The position numbers and the translations under genes are program-made. The notes under the pieces were generated by a model. It made no database searches and was not told where the DNA came from. It saw nothing but the letters and a program-made list of their open reading frames with translations. A stretch of 64,000 nucleotides of DNA from the NCBI GenBank assembly GCA_002104905.1, contig MCFE01000479.1, forward strand, positions 4,396 to 68,395. Direction: 5' to 3'. The stretch's first letter is position 1. Each line of letters starts with the position of its first letter. Source of the DNA: Basidiobolus meristosporus CBS 931.73. Taxonomy: Eukaryota > Fungi > Basidiobolomycota. This document shows positions 35,885 through 49,717 of this stretch, in pieces.

Positions 35885-37242
35885 ATGTGGGAGATACTTC
35901 TACGGGTTGTTGCCATAGGTGTGTTGTACTATGCCAGTTTTCATGTCACCACCAAATATCCATCGCTCGAACGGTGTAACTGGATTCCATATGTAACTGG
36001 GTCGTTAATATTGTGCTTGGGTTACTACGTGTATAAATCCCTTTTCTCGGCACCATTTGTTTTCGTCAATCCCTCACGCAAAAGATGCAGAGTACGCTCC
36101 TGGAATAGATTGCAACGTGTTACGTCCTCGCAATGTCGAAATGTTCTCCGTCTCTTCTCTCTATCCAACCTACGCTTGCTCTTTACTATCCTTACGCGAA
36201 TTCGGATCTTTTTCTTCTCGGGCCTTCAAAAAGTCGCTATTCCCGTGGAAGATTTTCATATACCCTCGTATTGGATTGGGGAATCTGAAGTACTGACCCA
36301 TTTCTCTCCCAAAAGCCTTGATTTTATCATACTCTATGCGCATGGTATTCCACAGCTATATTTCAAGCTTACACTTAGGCTGAATTCTAACTCTTCGACT
36401 TGTCCCTCAGGCGGTGGCTTTTGTGTAGGAAATGCCATGATGCATGTACCTACCCAACTGGAGTGGTTGGCTGAAGTCAAGAAACGTCACGCTCTGACTG
36501 GCTGTATATTTTCGCTTGAATACGGTAGCCACCTTATCGATAGCGCGTCTACTCCGCAAGAAACTTCCTCACTAACCCTCACTCCTTTAAATGTAGGCCT
36601 GGCACCAGAGTGTATTTTCCCAAAGCCTATCTATCAAATGAAAGAGGCATACGAGTATTTGATCAACTCACTAAACATAAGCCCTTCCAAAATCATTCTC
36701 GGTATGCACATCACACTCTTTAGATGAGTGCACCACAGTTCTTGGAGCTAACCATCCTCGTTACAGCTGGTGACTCTGCTGGTGGAAACATTGCGATCTC
36801 TAGCGCAGTCCGCATACGAGAGGCAGGGTTGCCCATGCCTGCAGGAATGATACTAATATCACCCTGGGTGGACCTTGATTCTGACTCGGAATCAGGGCTC
36901 CAAAACCGAGACTTCGATATTCTTACTATCGAGTCGCTCGCAAATTGGGCTCATCTGTATATGGGGAAGAAGCCATTGGTCTCCGGATCACCGTTGTTTG
37001 CAGATCTCGCAGGACTTCCGCCCATGCTGATCTTTGCTGGAGGCAAGGAGTTGATCATGGATGATATTCTGGAATTCGACCGTATGGTGACCCGCTGTGG
37101 TATCTATGCTGACTTCGTGATTCTCTCAGATATGGTTCACTGCTGGCCGCTGTTCAAAGAATTCACGGGAGACAAGTTGCACCAAATGGCCACCGACATG
37201 ATTGCCAAATTTGTGAATAGCTCGCTGAGCAAAGTGTTTTGA
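35885..37242 (+). CDS. Hormone-sensitive-lipase-family alpha/beta hydrolase with N-terminal hydrophobic segments (multi-exon)
   Basis: ILYAHG/GGGF oxyanion motif split by an intron, SLEY..LAPE..FP, GDSAGGN nucleophile, LISPWVDL, catalytic His in MVHCW; start and some introns approximate. Confidence 0.85.
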
Positions 37243-37842
37243 TATTGACAGCCGTTGACACCCTGGTGACCATCTCCGTCTCCTAGCGCCAGTGCGCAGC
37301 AAGCGTGTTCGCTCTCGTCGACTCCCCTTTTTGACATTTTATTCCCAAACTTTTGATCCGAATTGAATCTCTCTTGCATTCCATTCTGTTCACGTATAGC
37401 CATTTCTTCATGCAAACAATTTCCATGTATTCCTATTTTTCCATCAGGCCCTCACTGAACCACTGTTCTCGGATATTTAGCTACCTCTTCCCCCCAGCCT
37501 CCGCCGACCAGATGACACGTTCCCACGCAACTATGTTAAATTATTCCCTTCGTGCTATAGATAACCGGTATATTTTTCCAACCAAGCTTCTAGAGTGCTT
37601 TGGCTTGGCCAGATAAATGAAGCTATCGATTAAAATCCACGAAACACTACATTGTTGGCACATGCCATCGTCGTACTAAATCCACAATACCCTTGCTGCC
37701 TGATCAGTCAGTTTGATTCGGTAGATCCGGATGTTGGCACAACTATTGGTACCGGAGAAATCTACCCTATTAGTCGAAGAATCTATTTTCATAAAACCAC
37801 TGACCTGGCGAAATTCTACTGTTTGCCTTGTCGCTTACTCAC

Positions 37843-38835
37843 ATGCACCTGAGGAACTTTTTTTCGAAGAGCGGGGCTTCTTTTCGCCTGAAAACCAATG
37901 GTCTCTCCTCCCTCGTCGCCCTGGGAAACCCCGCCGTCTTCCCGATTCACGAATGCGGTGCATTTCAGCGACAGATACGTTTTCGTGGTGCAAAGGCTGT
38001 CAAGCAGGTTCCCCAGTCCCTTCGCGGAACAAATAGCACCCAACTCGCCCCTGCTTGGGGTTTGGCCAACCTGTTGAAACGGAAAAAAACCTCCGGCACA
38101 AAGGATTCCAACGCTGCCAAAGTGCCCACCGTAGGTAACAAGCCCCCAAGGCGTAAGGTATTGACGGTTTACGCACCCAAGCCTATACCGCAGCGTCGAG
38201 AGAACCTTGCAAGTGCCAAATCAACAGAACTCACCCCGACCTACTTCAAGGAGCTGAAAAGTCTACCTGTGTATCTCATCAAGAATGAGCAGCAGCTGGA
38301 AAAGGCCATGAACTTATTAATCTCCACTTTCTCCAACAGCAGGGGTAAGCGGCCATATGTTGGTTTCGATACCGAACATCCAAACAGTGGGAAAGTGGCG
38401 GTTGTCCAGTTTGCTAACGACCAGATCGCACTGGTCATACAACTTCGATTCATCATGGAAAACAACGGGAGGGTATTCCCCAAAAGTTTAAAAGACCTTC
38501 TGGAGAACAAGAAAATCCTGAAGGTTGGGGTCAACTCAACTGGGGATGCCGTTTCGCTTGAAAGAGCATATCAAATACAATGCAAAGGGATTAGGAACAT
38601 AGAGGACCTTGCCCGCGAAACAGGCCTTGAACGACAAGGACTAGGCCTCAAGCGATTGTCCATTGAGTGTAGAATTGGCATGGGAGTAATCAAGCAGAGC
38701 ACAGTGCGTAAACAATGGAACGCCCAAACCTTGCTCAAATCCGAGATCTTGTATGCCGTCAAAGATGCACTTGCCAGCTACCGCATTTTCAGCCGACTAT
38801 TAAACAACCCCGGAGGCACTAGACGAAACGCATAG
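37843..38835 (+). CDS. Stand-alone WRN/EXD2-type DEDDy 3'-5' exonuclease with basic N-terminal extension
   Basis: ExoI GFDTE, ExoII KVGVNSTGD, ExoIII YAVKD; single exon; first ATG at 37843. Confidence 0.88.
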   Translation: MHLRNFFSKSGASFRLKTNGLSSLVALGNPAVFPIHECGAFQRQIRFRGAKAVKQVPQSLRGTNSTQLAPAWGLANLLKRKKTSGTKDSNAAKVPTVGNKPPRRKVLTVYAPKPIPQRRENLASAKSTELTPTYFKELKSLPVYLIKNEQQLEKAMNLLISTFSNSRGKRPYVGFDTEHPNSGKVAVVQFANDQIALVIQLRFIMENNGRVFPKSLKDLLENKKILKVGVNSTGDAVSLERAYQIQCKGIRNIEDLARETGLERQGLGLKRLSIECRIGMGVIKQSTVRKQWNAQTLLKSEILYAVKDALASYRIFSRLLNNPGGTRRNA

Positions 38836-39230
38836 AGAAAACACTACCAAAACATTCACTCCCTCTGGATGGCTGTACCCCCACATCCTCACAATTCATG
38901 TATCGCATTCATATCATCCCAACCCACCTTCACATAGAACCCTGATCGATTAAAAACCAACCACTCCCAACACCAAATGGAGTATCCAAAGCAATTGAAC
39001 ATGCGTTACCATGGCCAACTAAAGATCAGGTTGGTTTAGTTTAAAACTTGGTGGTATACTGGTTTAACACATGTCGGGGCTGACAATTGGACAACGCGAG
39101 AACCACTAATGTCTCTTTCGCCATTTAAAAAAAGGAGTCTCCTCGGATGGTAACTGATTTATATCCAACAGAAAAAATATAAGGTGGCGACCGAGTGATC
39201 TCTTCAGAGGGAGAATAAGGGGTGGGGCGG

Positions 39231-39818
39231 TTATAACTTGCCGCGACGGTTTTGCTCCCACCTGGCCAACAGAGCCATTGTTTTTTCAACCCCGCCAGCT
39301 TTCTTAAATATCTCCTCGAATTGTTGTGAGAGGATTAGGTCTCCCTGGATCTTGAGTCTTCCGGTTACGTAGCCCTTGATGCCGTTGAGTCCCCCGGTGG
39401 CAAGATTCACCAAATCCCTATCCTCCAATTCAATTCTAACCGATGGGAAGTTTGCGCCACCAGTAGTTTTGACGGGGACATTGGAAGGCCGCGTTTTCGA
39501 TATTTCCGGGTTTTGGTCCCAACCTAATTAACGCGTTCTTAGAGTCGATTTCTAGCTGAGAGAGGAACAACCTACCTACCACGAAGCAAAATATACCTGA
39601 GGTGGTTGCAGCATATAAGACAATTGATTAGTAAGTAGGTGTTGGGCCACTAACGCGACTAGCAAGGGCACATACCACTCAGCTCTTTTCTGGCCCTTTC
39701 TGGTTACAACCACGATAAATAAGCCCTGCATGTTTCCAAGCATATCCGGATTTGTCTTGAACTCTTTATCAAATGCGGGTAGTAACAGATCCGCCATCAA
39801 TGGACTTTCCTGGCTCAT
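39231..39818 (-). CDS. SCP2 sterol-binding-domain protein (2 exons)
   Basis: GLFIVVV...AEWY, then IELEDRDLVNLATGGLNGIKGYVTGRLKIQGDLILSQ, the SCP2 signature. Confidence 0.85.
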
Positions 39819-41859
39819 TCTCTACAAAAACAACGCTGGTCAAGGGTGAAAGGTATTCAGGTGAAATCCGGCCTCATCAGCGACTGCTATTTATTTCGCC
39901 AGTCACGGCGGGATTCATGCCCCCTTGACTAGCCATGACCCCATGAGCATGTGTTTACTACCAACGACCAGTTTATTAGAGCGCTTGCTTGAATCAATCA
40001 TAGTTCTCTTCCTTGTTGACATGTGATGAAGGTTTTTTGTGAGCGAAACTCTGCCAATAGAGAGACCCTTGCTGCTAGGACTTGATAATTGTCAAGTGTT
40101 GATGACCATGATTGGTTTCAGGTATGATGACCCTAGGAAAAGCATGATTTGGTATTCAAGTCCGGTCGCAAGAATGCTTGTTTGGACTCAGATGAGTGAC
40201 CATTTTTTGGCCGAATTTAAATCGCCAAGAGATGCCTGCACTTAATGCTACTCCATGCTATTGCTCCAATATAACCAGCCTCCCACCATGTTGTCTGATC
40301 ACATCGTGGGCTGCGTTACTTCTACATAGGACACTTGATTTAGAGTGGCGGTCATTCAATGAGTGAGGGGGTGCATAAGCCGCGGTACATATTGGGTGGC
40401 CCAAAAGGTGGGCTTGAATAAATGGTAGCGCCTGGCTCTGACCAGAAAACTTATAATAACCTTAATAAAACCTCAACCAAGAGCCTGGAGCCTGGTGTCA
40501 AGTGAGATATTAACCCCACAAATGGATCTCCTACGCCGTGTATGTATGGAATCACAAGCAAGCCCTTTCAAACTAGCCACGGAACGCTTGTGCATTGGCG
40601 CTTTACTCAAGTTTATATGGTGTTGATTTACATGTGCGTAACTTTGTGCATAAACTTAACTCAGGTGCCAAAGCAGTTCCATAGGCGGAATCCCTACAAA
40701 CGCTACATTGTATTTGTGTAGGCCACCAACTTTCAAACGTCAATGCGTAAAGGTGAACATCCCGTAACCCGAAAGCTGGCTCAGCTGGTGTGTCGAGAGG
40801 CTGTTCCTCGTAACAGCCGACATTTGAGCAGTGCCAACTCCAGCCCTTGAGTCAATCTCGATTTCTTTCCAAGATGGAATACGCATATATGCTTGAAATG
40901 ATTTTCATCGTCGTCACCATTACCAAATGGATGTGATCTTCGAAGCTGAGCAATTTGACAATAATGGGCAACCCCACCCACTCTAGACCCCTGTGAGGAC
41001 CACCCGTGGAGGACTAGAGGTTAAATTTTAGCTTGACACCTCAAGATTACGTTGCCTATTATGAACGGCAACAACGTTACGTTCATCGGAAGCAGAAAGC
41101 CCTTTCCTCTGCAGATGGAAATCCCCACTGGGAGCCGATTTGCTCCGTGGAATACAACGGATGAATTTGGATTAGCTCTTAGGCAGAGGCTAACCTTGAT
41201 ACTAACACTGCTTGATAGACCTGACCGAAATGCCACCCAACAAGATCACGTCTGGCCAGCAGCAGAGCACGATATTCGTAGGTCCTCAAGAGGTTGGGGG
41301 ATTGGGGATAGGCAGAACTTCAGGGTTGGTTGGCGAGTTCGAACTCTGTCAACATAGGTTGGCTGGCTCTTGTTACACCAATACACATCGTGACACAATG
41401 GATCAAGATGAACCATATCTTGCTCCATTTAACAAGCAATTGTTTTGTGCAGGTGGGAGACACTGGTCGCTGGTTCAGCTGGCTTCATGGGTATCCTGCA
41501 CCCGCTTGCGCAATTCCATCCATCTCGCTCTATTCAAGGGTCCGTCCTAATTGACATTTGAAATCAACCCCCTGATAGGCTGAGGCGCTTTTTGGGGGAT
41601 ATCATAAAATGCCATATTCAGAAAGGTTACCGAAAGATAGATGTTCATCTGGTACTGCGTGAGACTTCACTGTACTTATACAGGCGCTCGATAAATTACG
41701 GTAATCCGCCATCGCAGTATTAATAATCAACGCGAATTCCGATAAATCCTGAATACGTAATATGATTTCTGGAAAATTTCCTATCGAGTTGTATAAATAA
41801 TATGCTAGCTTCACGGGGGAAGGCTTGTCAAAGGTTGGAGATAGTTGAATTATTACACC

Positions 41860-43381
<1,522 letters not shown>

Positions 43382-44023
43382 GCATGTTTGTCTACTTTCT
43401 GCAATCAACCCATCAATGCGATTTGTTAAATATGTTGGCAATAAGTAAACACAAAGTTCTATAGTTGCAACCTTCAAATCAAGCGAAAGCGGAAGTAGTC
43501 GAACAAATGGATATCCGAATTCAATATAGCATCAGCAGATCCCATATGCGTGTGCTGATGGATTCTGTCCAGTTGCGTGGGAAATCAAAGATTAATCGAA
43601 ATTCTGGAAAGATTACCTGGACTTCCTGCTTTCCAATCCACTCTGCTGGTTATATTTACGGAACCACGCCATTGGATTGAGGAGGACAATTTAATTCCAA
43701 TTGAGTCAAGCGCCGTGAATCCACCAGCTACATGGTGATGAATTTAACATAGCGTTACCCACCAGATTGGCCCAGCACAAATGATGATTAACTCTGCGTT
43801 GGCGAAGAGTGCGCCCTATGCATTGATTGGTGTGGAGTGCGCTGAGCTGTTGACATGATGTTTGTGTGTAAAGAAGAATATCAAACATACTGTTGTTTAC
43901 CAAGTTGAAAGTCACTGAGACGGTGATCATTTGCCACAAGGCAAACCTCGAGAGTATAAATTAATAACCTCTGAACGGTGGATATGTCAACCTTGAAATC
44001 ATTCTCCTTATCTGTGAAATTTA

Positions 44024-44515
44024 ATGCGCTCCATGAAAGTCTTCTCGTGTTTTCTGTTCGGCTTCATCCTCGTCTCATTCACCCACGGTGGAGTTACCGT
44101 TTATCTCCCGGATGCTGGCAAAGAAAATACATGCGAGAACACGGTGACCTATAACCAATGCCGTTATAATGCGTTGGCAATGAGTTGCTCAGACACGGAT
44201 CAGTTGTGTAATTGTAAACAGGCGCAACGCTTTGTACAATGCTTCCCGTTCTGCACCAAGGACGCGGGAATCTCTGCTTTGGAAACTGCACAAAAGGGGG
44301 AGGTAGACAAATTTTGCCACGGCCTGCCTGCAAGTTTGACTTCCCTCCTGCCAGCTGCCACGATGCAGTCGTCAGCGAGCTCTCAACCCTCGAGCACATA
44401 TCCGCTAAGTAGCACTCCCAATTCCATTCTTAGCGCTGCACCTAACCCTGCTGGGAACATGATGGCAGGATCCCTATTGCTATCATGCATCCTACTGGTT
44501 TTAACACTGATGTAA
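44024..44515 (+). CDS. Small secreted 8-Cys (CFEM-like) protein, probably GPI-anchored (163 aa)
   Basis: Signal peptide, eight Cys including CNC, Ser/Thr/Pro-rich stalk, hydrophobic C-terminus after a small-residue site. Confidence 0.75.
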   Translation: MRSMKVFSCFLFGFILVSFTHGGVTVYLPDAGKENTCENTVTYNQCRYNALAMSCSDTDQLCNCKQAQRFVQCFPFCTKDAGISALETAQKGEVDKFCHGLPASLTSLLPAATMQSSASSQPSSTYPLSSTPNSILSAAPNPAGNMMAGSLLLSCILLVLTLM

Positions 44516-45894
44516 CAATGTAGGCATTCAAGTTGCCTTGTATCCTATAACCATTTAGTGAATTTGTTGGCCAAGTCATGTATTCCATAGTTGTAACCAC
44601 ACCATTGAAAATTATTGTCTAAACCAGATCTGTCTACCTCAAATGAACGCGATCTATGAACATCCCTTCCTAACGTGTGATTCGATTGGATCGAGGGGGG
44701 GGGGTGAGAGTTACTCTGTGCAGTGACGTATATTGGTGGTCTGTCACGCCATATACACCCTCTCTAAAATAAAACCAATACAGTTGTGCTGCACTCATGA
44801 AACTTTGGTCCGATTGACACAAACCGATGTCTCAAGCAGTTGCTCAGTGCAACGAAAACTCACTGGTTGTGTATTGGTTACGACTATCACTGATAATGTT
44901 GGCCATCGTTGTAAGCTCGATGTCATGCATGCGTATTTGAGAGAACTGCTGTTGATAACAGTGCCGAAGAAACTAATGGGCTAGGAAGCTTACGGGGTGA
45001 AGAGATGACTCCAAATTTATTTGTAGCGTGGCGGCATCCATCCGCTGTAGATCTCCCTGGAATCCTAGGTTGGGAGATACATCAATCTGTAGATATTCAG
45101 GCTTGTTTTAGAAAAGCTAGTTTGATGTCAGCATACCATTTTCTTGCTTCAAGAATCACCGGAAACAGAGATGCTACCTTTGGTACGCGGCATAGGGGCT
45201 TGAACCAGCGAAATTTCCAGAGATTTGCAGTGAGGTATCTCACCACACCGTCTAGGAAGCCTGGATGATTTACCGAATGAATAAAAATACCAGCCAGTGT
45301 TGGGGCTCATGAGAGTGGAAAGTACGCTCAACTTGAAGGGTTACCCGGAAGGCCCATCTGAATCAGGGGTTTGGAACTCCGACCAGCACAAGCAAATGGG
45401 TTGAATGGAACGGAGCGGGATTTCTCGGTGAATTAATAAAAAAGCTGGTGAAAAGCAAGATACTCCGCCGACATCTCTATCACCTGACAAATGTAGTCAT
45501 AAAGTAGGCATCCTAGACAACTAACATCAATCGGCTACGAGCCTCGAGAAGATCGATAAAACAATGTAATTGCTCAAGATTGGGTTCAGGTACTTGCATT
45601 CTGTATGCGATTCACGATCGCGCAAGTGAGGGCTGACCATCGATGTGGTGGATGCATGCCAAAGAGTTAGAAGGATCGATCAGCAGTTGGTTTAATCGAT
45701 CGGCAGTGAGTTGGATCGAGAGCAATTATCAACTGTGTTGCGATTAGACCGATCCATTTGATTTCAGAATTATGAGATGGGTTTTCAGGAGTCCTTGCCA
45801 AATCCCACTTCCATATTTAGTGGCCTACATTACGAGCAGTATATAATCCAATTGATGGAACAGGCCGTGAATCTAATCCTTCATCTCACAAATA

Positions 45895-47042
45895 ATGAAT
45901 GTCCAACCTCAACTGTATCCTTCATATAAGATGACGCACCCAAACTCGGGCATCAATATGGGCATGGGCCTAGCTGGTGGGATCAGGGCAGTGGGAAGAG
46001 CCACCCCTCCATGTTTGGCAAAATCCAACATCGTCGATTCTGAAAGAGAAATCAAACGTCGCAACCGGCTCAACCCACAACAGGTCAGCCGATTGATCCA
46101 AGTGTTTAGACAAACCACGAAGCCGAGGACTGAGGTGCGACGAAATCTTGCCAAAGAGCTCGGAATGCACCACCGTGCTGTTCAGATCTGGTTCCAAAAC
46201 CGTCGCCAAAAGCTGAAGAAACAACTTCAGCAGGCATCCGCCATCAATTCAAGCCAGCTTCTGAAGGGATGTATACTTGACCCTAATGGTGTATTACAGA
46301 GTTCGTTGGATGTTCTCTCCTTCAATTGCTTCGAAGACAGCTTTGCATTTCGCACTCAGAATCACACCGACTTCCATCGATCGCCACCACCATCATCATC
46401 ACCCCCCTCCTCGTTCCCTTCAAGCGATCGGTCGTCCATCTCACCCCTACTTGAGAGTCCTGATAGCGATGGTTTGCATATGTTGATAAACCCTTCAGGT
46501 GATTGTTTGGAGTATAATCCAGTGGGGAGCTTGGAAGGTAATGAAGCTCGGCAAAGTAAAGAGATGCTTTCCAGCGCTAATCCATTTAACGATATACAGC
46601 CCTGTGCGAAACAATCGCCTTTGCCAAGCCAGAGTACAACCTAGAATGCGGTTCACTAGGCGCTATTGAATCTGACGCCCTCCAATGGTCAGTACCAGTT
46701 GAATCTCAACAGCCGGACTACTTGATATCCAGCGAACATTCAAGGATGAACCCTACGTTCCAGGTGAAGAAAGCTGAGGTGCCCATTGGCTACGACAGCC
46801 TCGTTGAATCTGGTGGAGCCTACCTTCAAGTCCCAGAGCCTTTACTGACGAGAGTAGGCACGCTAGCAGCTCATAATGCTCCGAAAAAGCAGGTCTCTCC
46901 CAACATATTCTTTCCAGGGGAACCCCAAGCACAAATTTATACCATAGACCCCACATCCTATGGTATATCCACTGTCAACCACACGAAGTTTAGCCTTAAT
47001 CCTGGTAGATTCACTAACTTCGACTCAACTTCAGTTCAATAG
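45895..47042 (+). CDS. Homeodomain transcription factor (361 aa, 2 exons)
   Basis: KRRNRL...VQIWFQNRRQK homeodomain; intron 46538-46599 (GTAATG, GCTAA, CAG) joins ORF 45895 to the frame ending at 47042; 1086 nt. Confidence 0.85.
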
Positions 47043-48518
47043 TGATGTCCAGAGGTGGGGCTAGTTCAGCTCATGAAAATGCAAACGCAAATGTGGTTCG
47101 TTCCTTCTGCGGTATGCTCAACAAGACACACTAAACATGTAGAATTCTCACTTCATAAACCATACATTCATCATCGGAATCTGATCTGCAGTTGCGGATT
47201 TGCGTCGAACTCGCCGGTATTACCGGTGTAGTATGCTTTCGTGTGTTTGCATACCATATAGCCTATATGCTGCTAGTTCGTTTATTCCAAACCCCTGGTA
47301 TATCTCAGTTCATTGAGGATTCTTCAATGTTCAATTCTATAGTGTCCAAACTATAATAAACCTAGCTCAACCGATAGCTACGTGCTACATGCATCAAGCA
47401 CATTGAGAATCGCTCTCTATCATTAGGTCCATACACAAACACCCGTGATAACGAGCTTGGTGGTTGCTGCCATCCATTTGACCAATAAAAGCGACGTACA
47501 AGGGGCGTATACAGTTGATCGTATGCATCGGAGATGTTGCAAATTATGCATCATGTAGTCGCCCCACTGCTGATTAGTAACCAGTTCAATGTTCATTAGT
47601 TAAGGTGTGATGCTTACCTCCCTAAACCAAAAGAAAATGCCTGTTGTGACTATTTCTATTGAACCTGCATAGTCAACTAAAATCGGATGCCGTTTGATGG
47701 TACTATTGACAGCACCGATAAACAGTTTTTGCTACGCTCGGTGTGAGGTTCTACTCGGAAGCAGCGATGTCTGTCGCACTGTTGCATTCGATGGAAATTT
47801 CAATCTTCGGTAATGATTGTTCTAGGTCGAGTCTTTGAGCAGGCGGGGATCTATCAGAGTGATAGCTGTGCTGCAGTCCACGATCAGCCCAAAACCTGAT
47901 CTATCAGAGTTACACTGAAATCACCATTCTTGAATATGAGCTAAATTTAGGATACGTGTAGGGGCTGGGAAGAATCAGGATGGGGATTTTCCATAGCTCG
48001 TTAAAGTATCGAATCGGGTGTTCCCTTCAAACTGGACAGCAGAGTCAGACGGGCTACGCTACAAACGAACACTGTTCTTGGAAGTCGATAGGATCTATGT
48101 GTGCTGTGCAGTACTGAGGACATCCGCTAGCCTCATCTCAGGTGTCTATTCTACCCAACTGAGGACTCGACAGCCAGACATAGTTCTGATCCAGCAAGTT
48201 CACCGTTATGCTGGTTATGGAATTAAGCACACATTGTATTTATGCAAAATATGGTTGCAACAAGGTTTCGCCATGGAAATCTCAGAGCGAACAGGTTTTG
48301 AGGTGCCAACGTATTTGCCGATTAATAATAGAATACCGTGAACTGGTTTTTTCCCAGTTTATGATGGAATAGAAGCGCAAGAGAAGCTTTGGAATGGTTA
48401 GTGGTGTAACATAATAAATAAGGGAAATATGGTTCACCAGAGATAAAATCAAATCCTTTTAATAGCGAGCAAATGGCCAGTGCCAAATTTTGCAGTGTTA
48501 GCTTGCACTGAGTTTGTC

Positions 48519-49455
48519 ATGTCTGCCTATTCCTACATCTCTATTTCAACCGCTGGCGAAGATGGTGTAGAGCCTACTTTCATTTATCTATCCGCAAGTT
48601 TCAACGAAGTGATTGGTCACGCAGATGAAGAAATGGTTAACAAGAAAGTGAAATTTGTTTTTCCAAACAAGTCTTTCTGGTACTCCTCTTTACGTTGCTT
48701 ATCAGACCTTCAGGCGTTCGGCACCATTTTGTACAATAATATCAAAACCGAATACGGCGATATTCTTTTGCAAACAGTTATGTTTTGTTGCGAAGGAAAG
48801 CATATATGCATCAATAGAAGACTTGGCGAAGAAGATTTCGCAGAAGGATTCTTGCTGGGTAGGCTTTTTCAGAGACTGCCTTCTTTCCTTTTGGCTAAAT
48901 TTCCCTTATCCAAGAAAGCACTTGTATGGCAGAGTCTATTGTATGTGTCGACCATGAAGATATCTACATTGGGGTATGAATTACATTACATATTTGAGCG
49001 CATTCTTGGCATTTCTAACCGCTTTCCATCCCAAGACTCAGGAAGGTATGCTCAGTATAAAAGGTGAAATTTATCAAGCCATCGCTGCCTCAATTCCCCC
49101 ATTCCCGATCAATCAACAACGCATCGGGTTCATACTTAATCATTTTTCCGAGCACTGTCCCATCAGCTACTGTGTTGGGGACCCGGAGAAAACACTGGGG
49201 ATATGCAGAAAAAGCCTCCTTGGAACTTCGTTCTACAGTTACGTTGAGAGTAGTGAGCTCGACATGGTAGAGGAAGAAATAAGAAACATGAAAATCGGGA
49301 AATTCCGCACGTTAGTCACCCAAATCGAATTCACTTTTCTTTCTCCAAAAGGAAATCTGGATATCAATGCAGGCATTTGCTATTCCAGTGATGGGATCGT
49401 AGTAGTTTTAATGTTGCTCGATCCTTTTGAGTTTTTCTTAGACAAGGCTCTTTAA
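48519..49455 (+). CDS. Tandem PAS-like domain protein with no effector domain (272 aa, 3 exons)
   Basis: Exons 48519-48858, 48915-48973, 49036-49455 sum to 819 nt; FIYLSASFNEVIGHADEEMV and RIGFILNHF...ISY...LLGTSFYSYV...FTFLSP..YSSDGIVVVL are PAS-fold patterns. Confidence 0.75.
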
Positions 49456-49717
49456 TCGGACTTCACTCAGTTATCGCTTTGTATATTTCTGTACATACCT
49501 TCGACCCTTTCCTAATTGTCTCTTATTAGAGCATTTCGCAGAGATCGGAGGTTCTTGTAAATAACTAATCACTTGGGTATAGCAACCATAAACGCACAAA
49601 ACATATATCTTGGTGTTGATATGAGACAGCTCACAGCATTCTCAGTTTATTACATTGCCATAAGTTTCGGTCTTCGTTACGTGGTCCTGATGGTTTATGC
49701 CATGGGGTGTATGCACA

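Noticed and set aside
41050-41550. SSRGWGIG / SVNIGW pieces resembling DIRS RNase H
   Set aside because: Too short and out of order to support even a low-confidence call.
45895-47042. Homeobox gene as a mating-type locus
   Set aside because: Single ordinary WFQNRR homeodomain with no divergent HD1/HD2 partner or other mating-type genes nearby.
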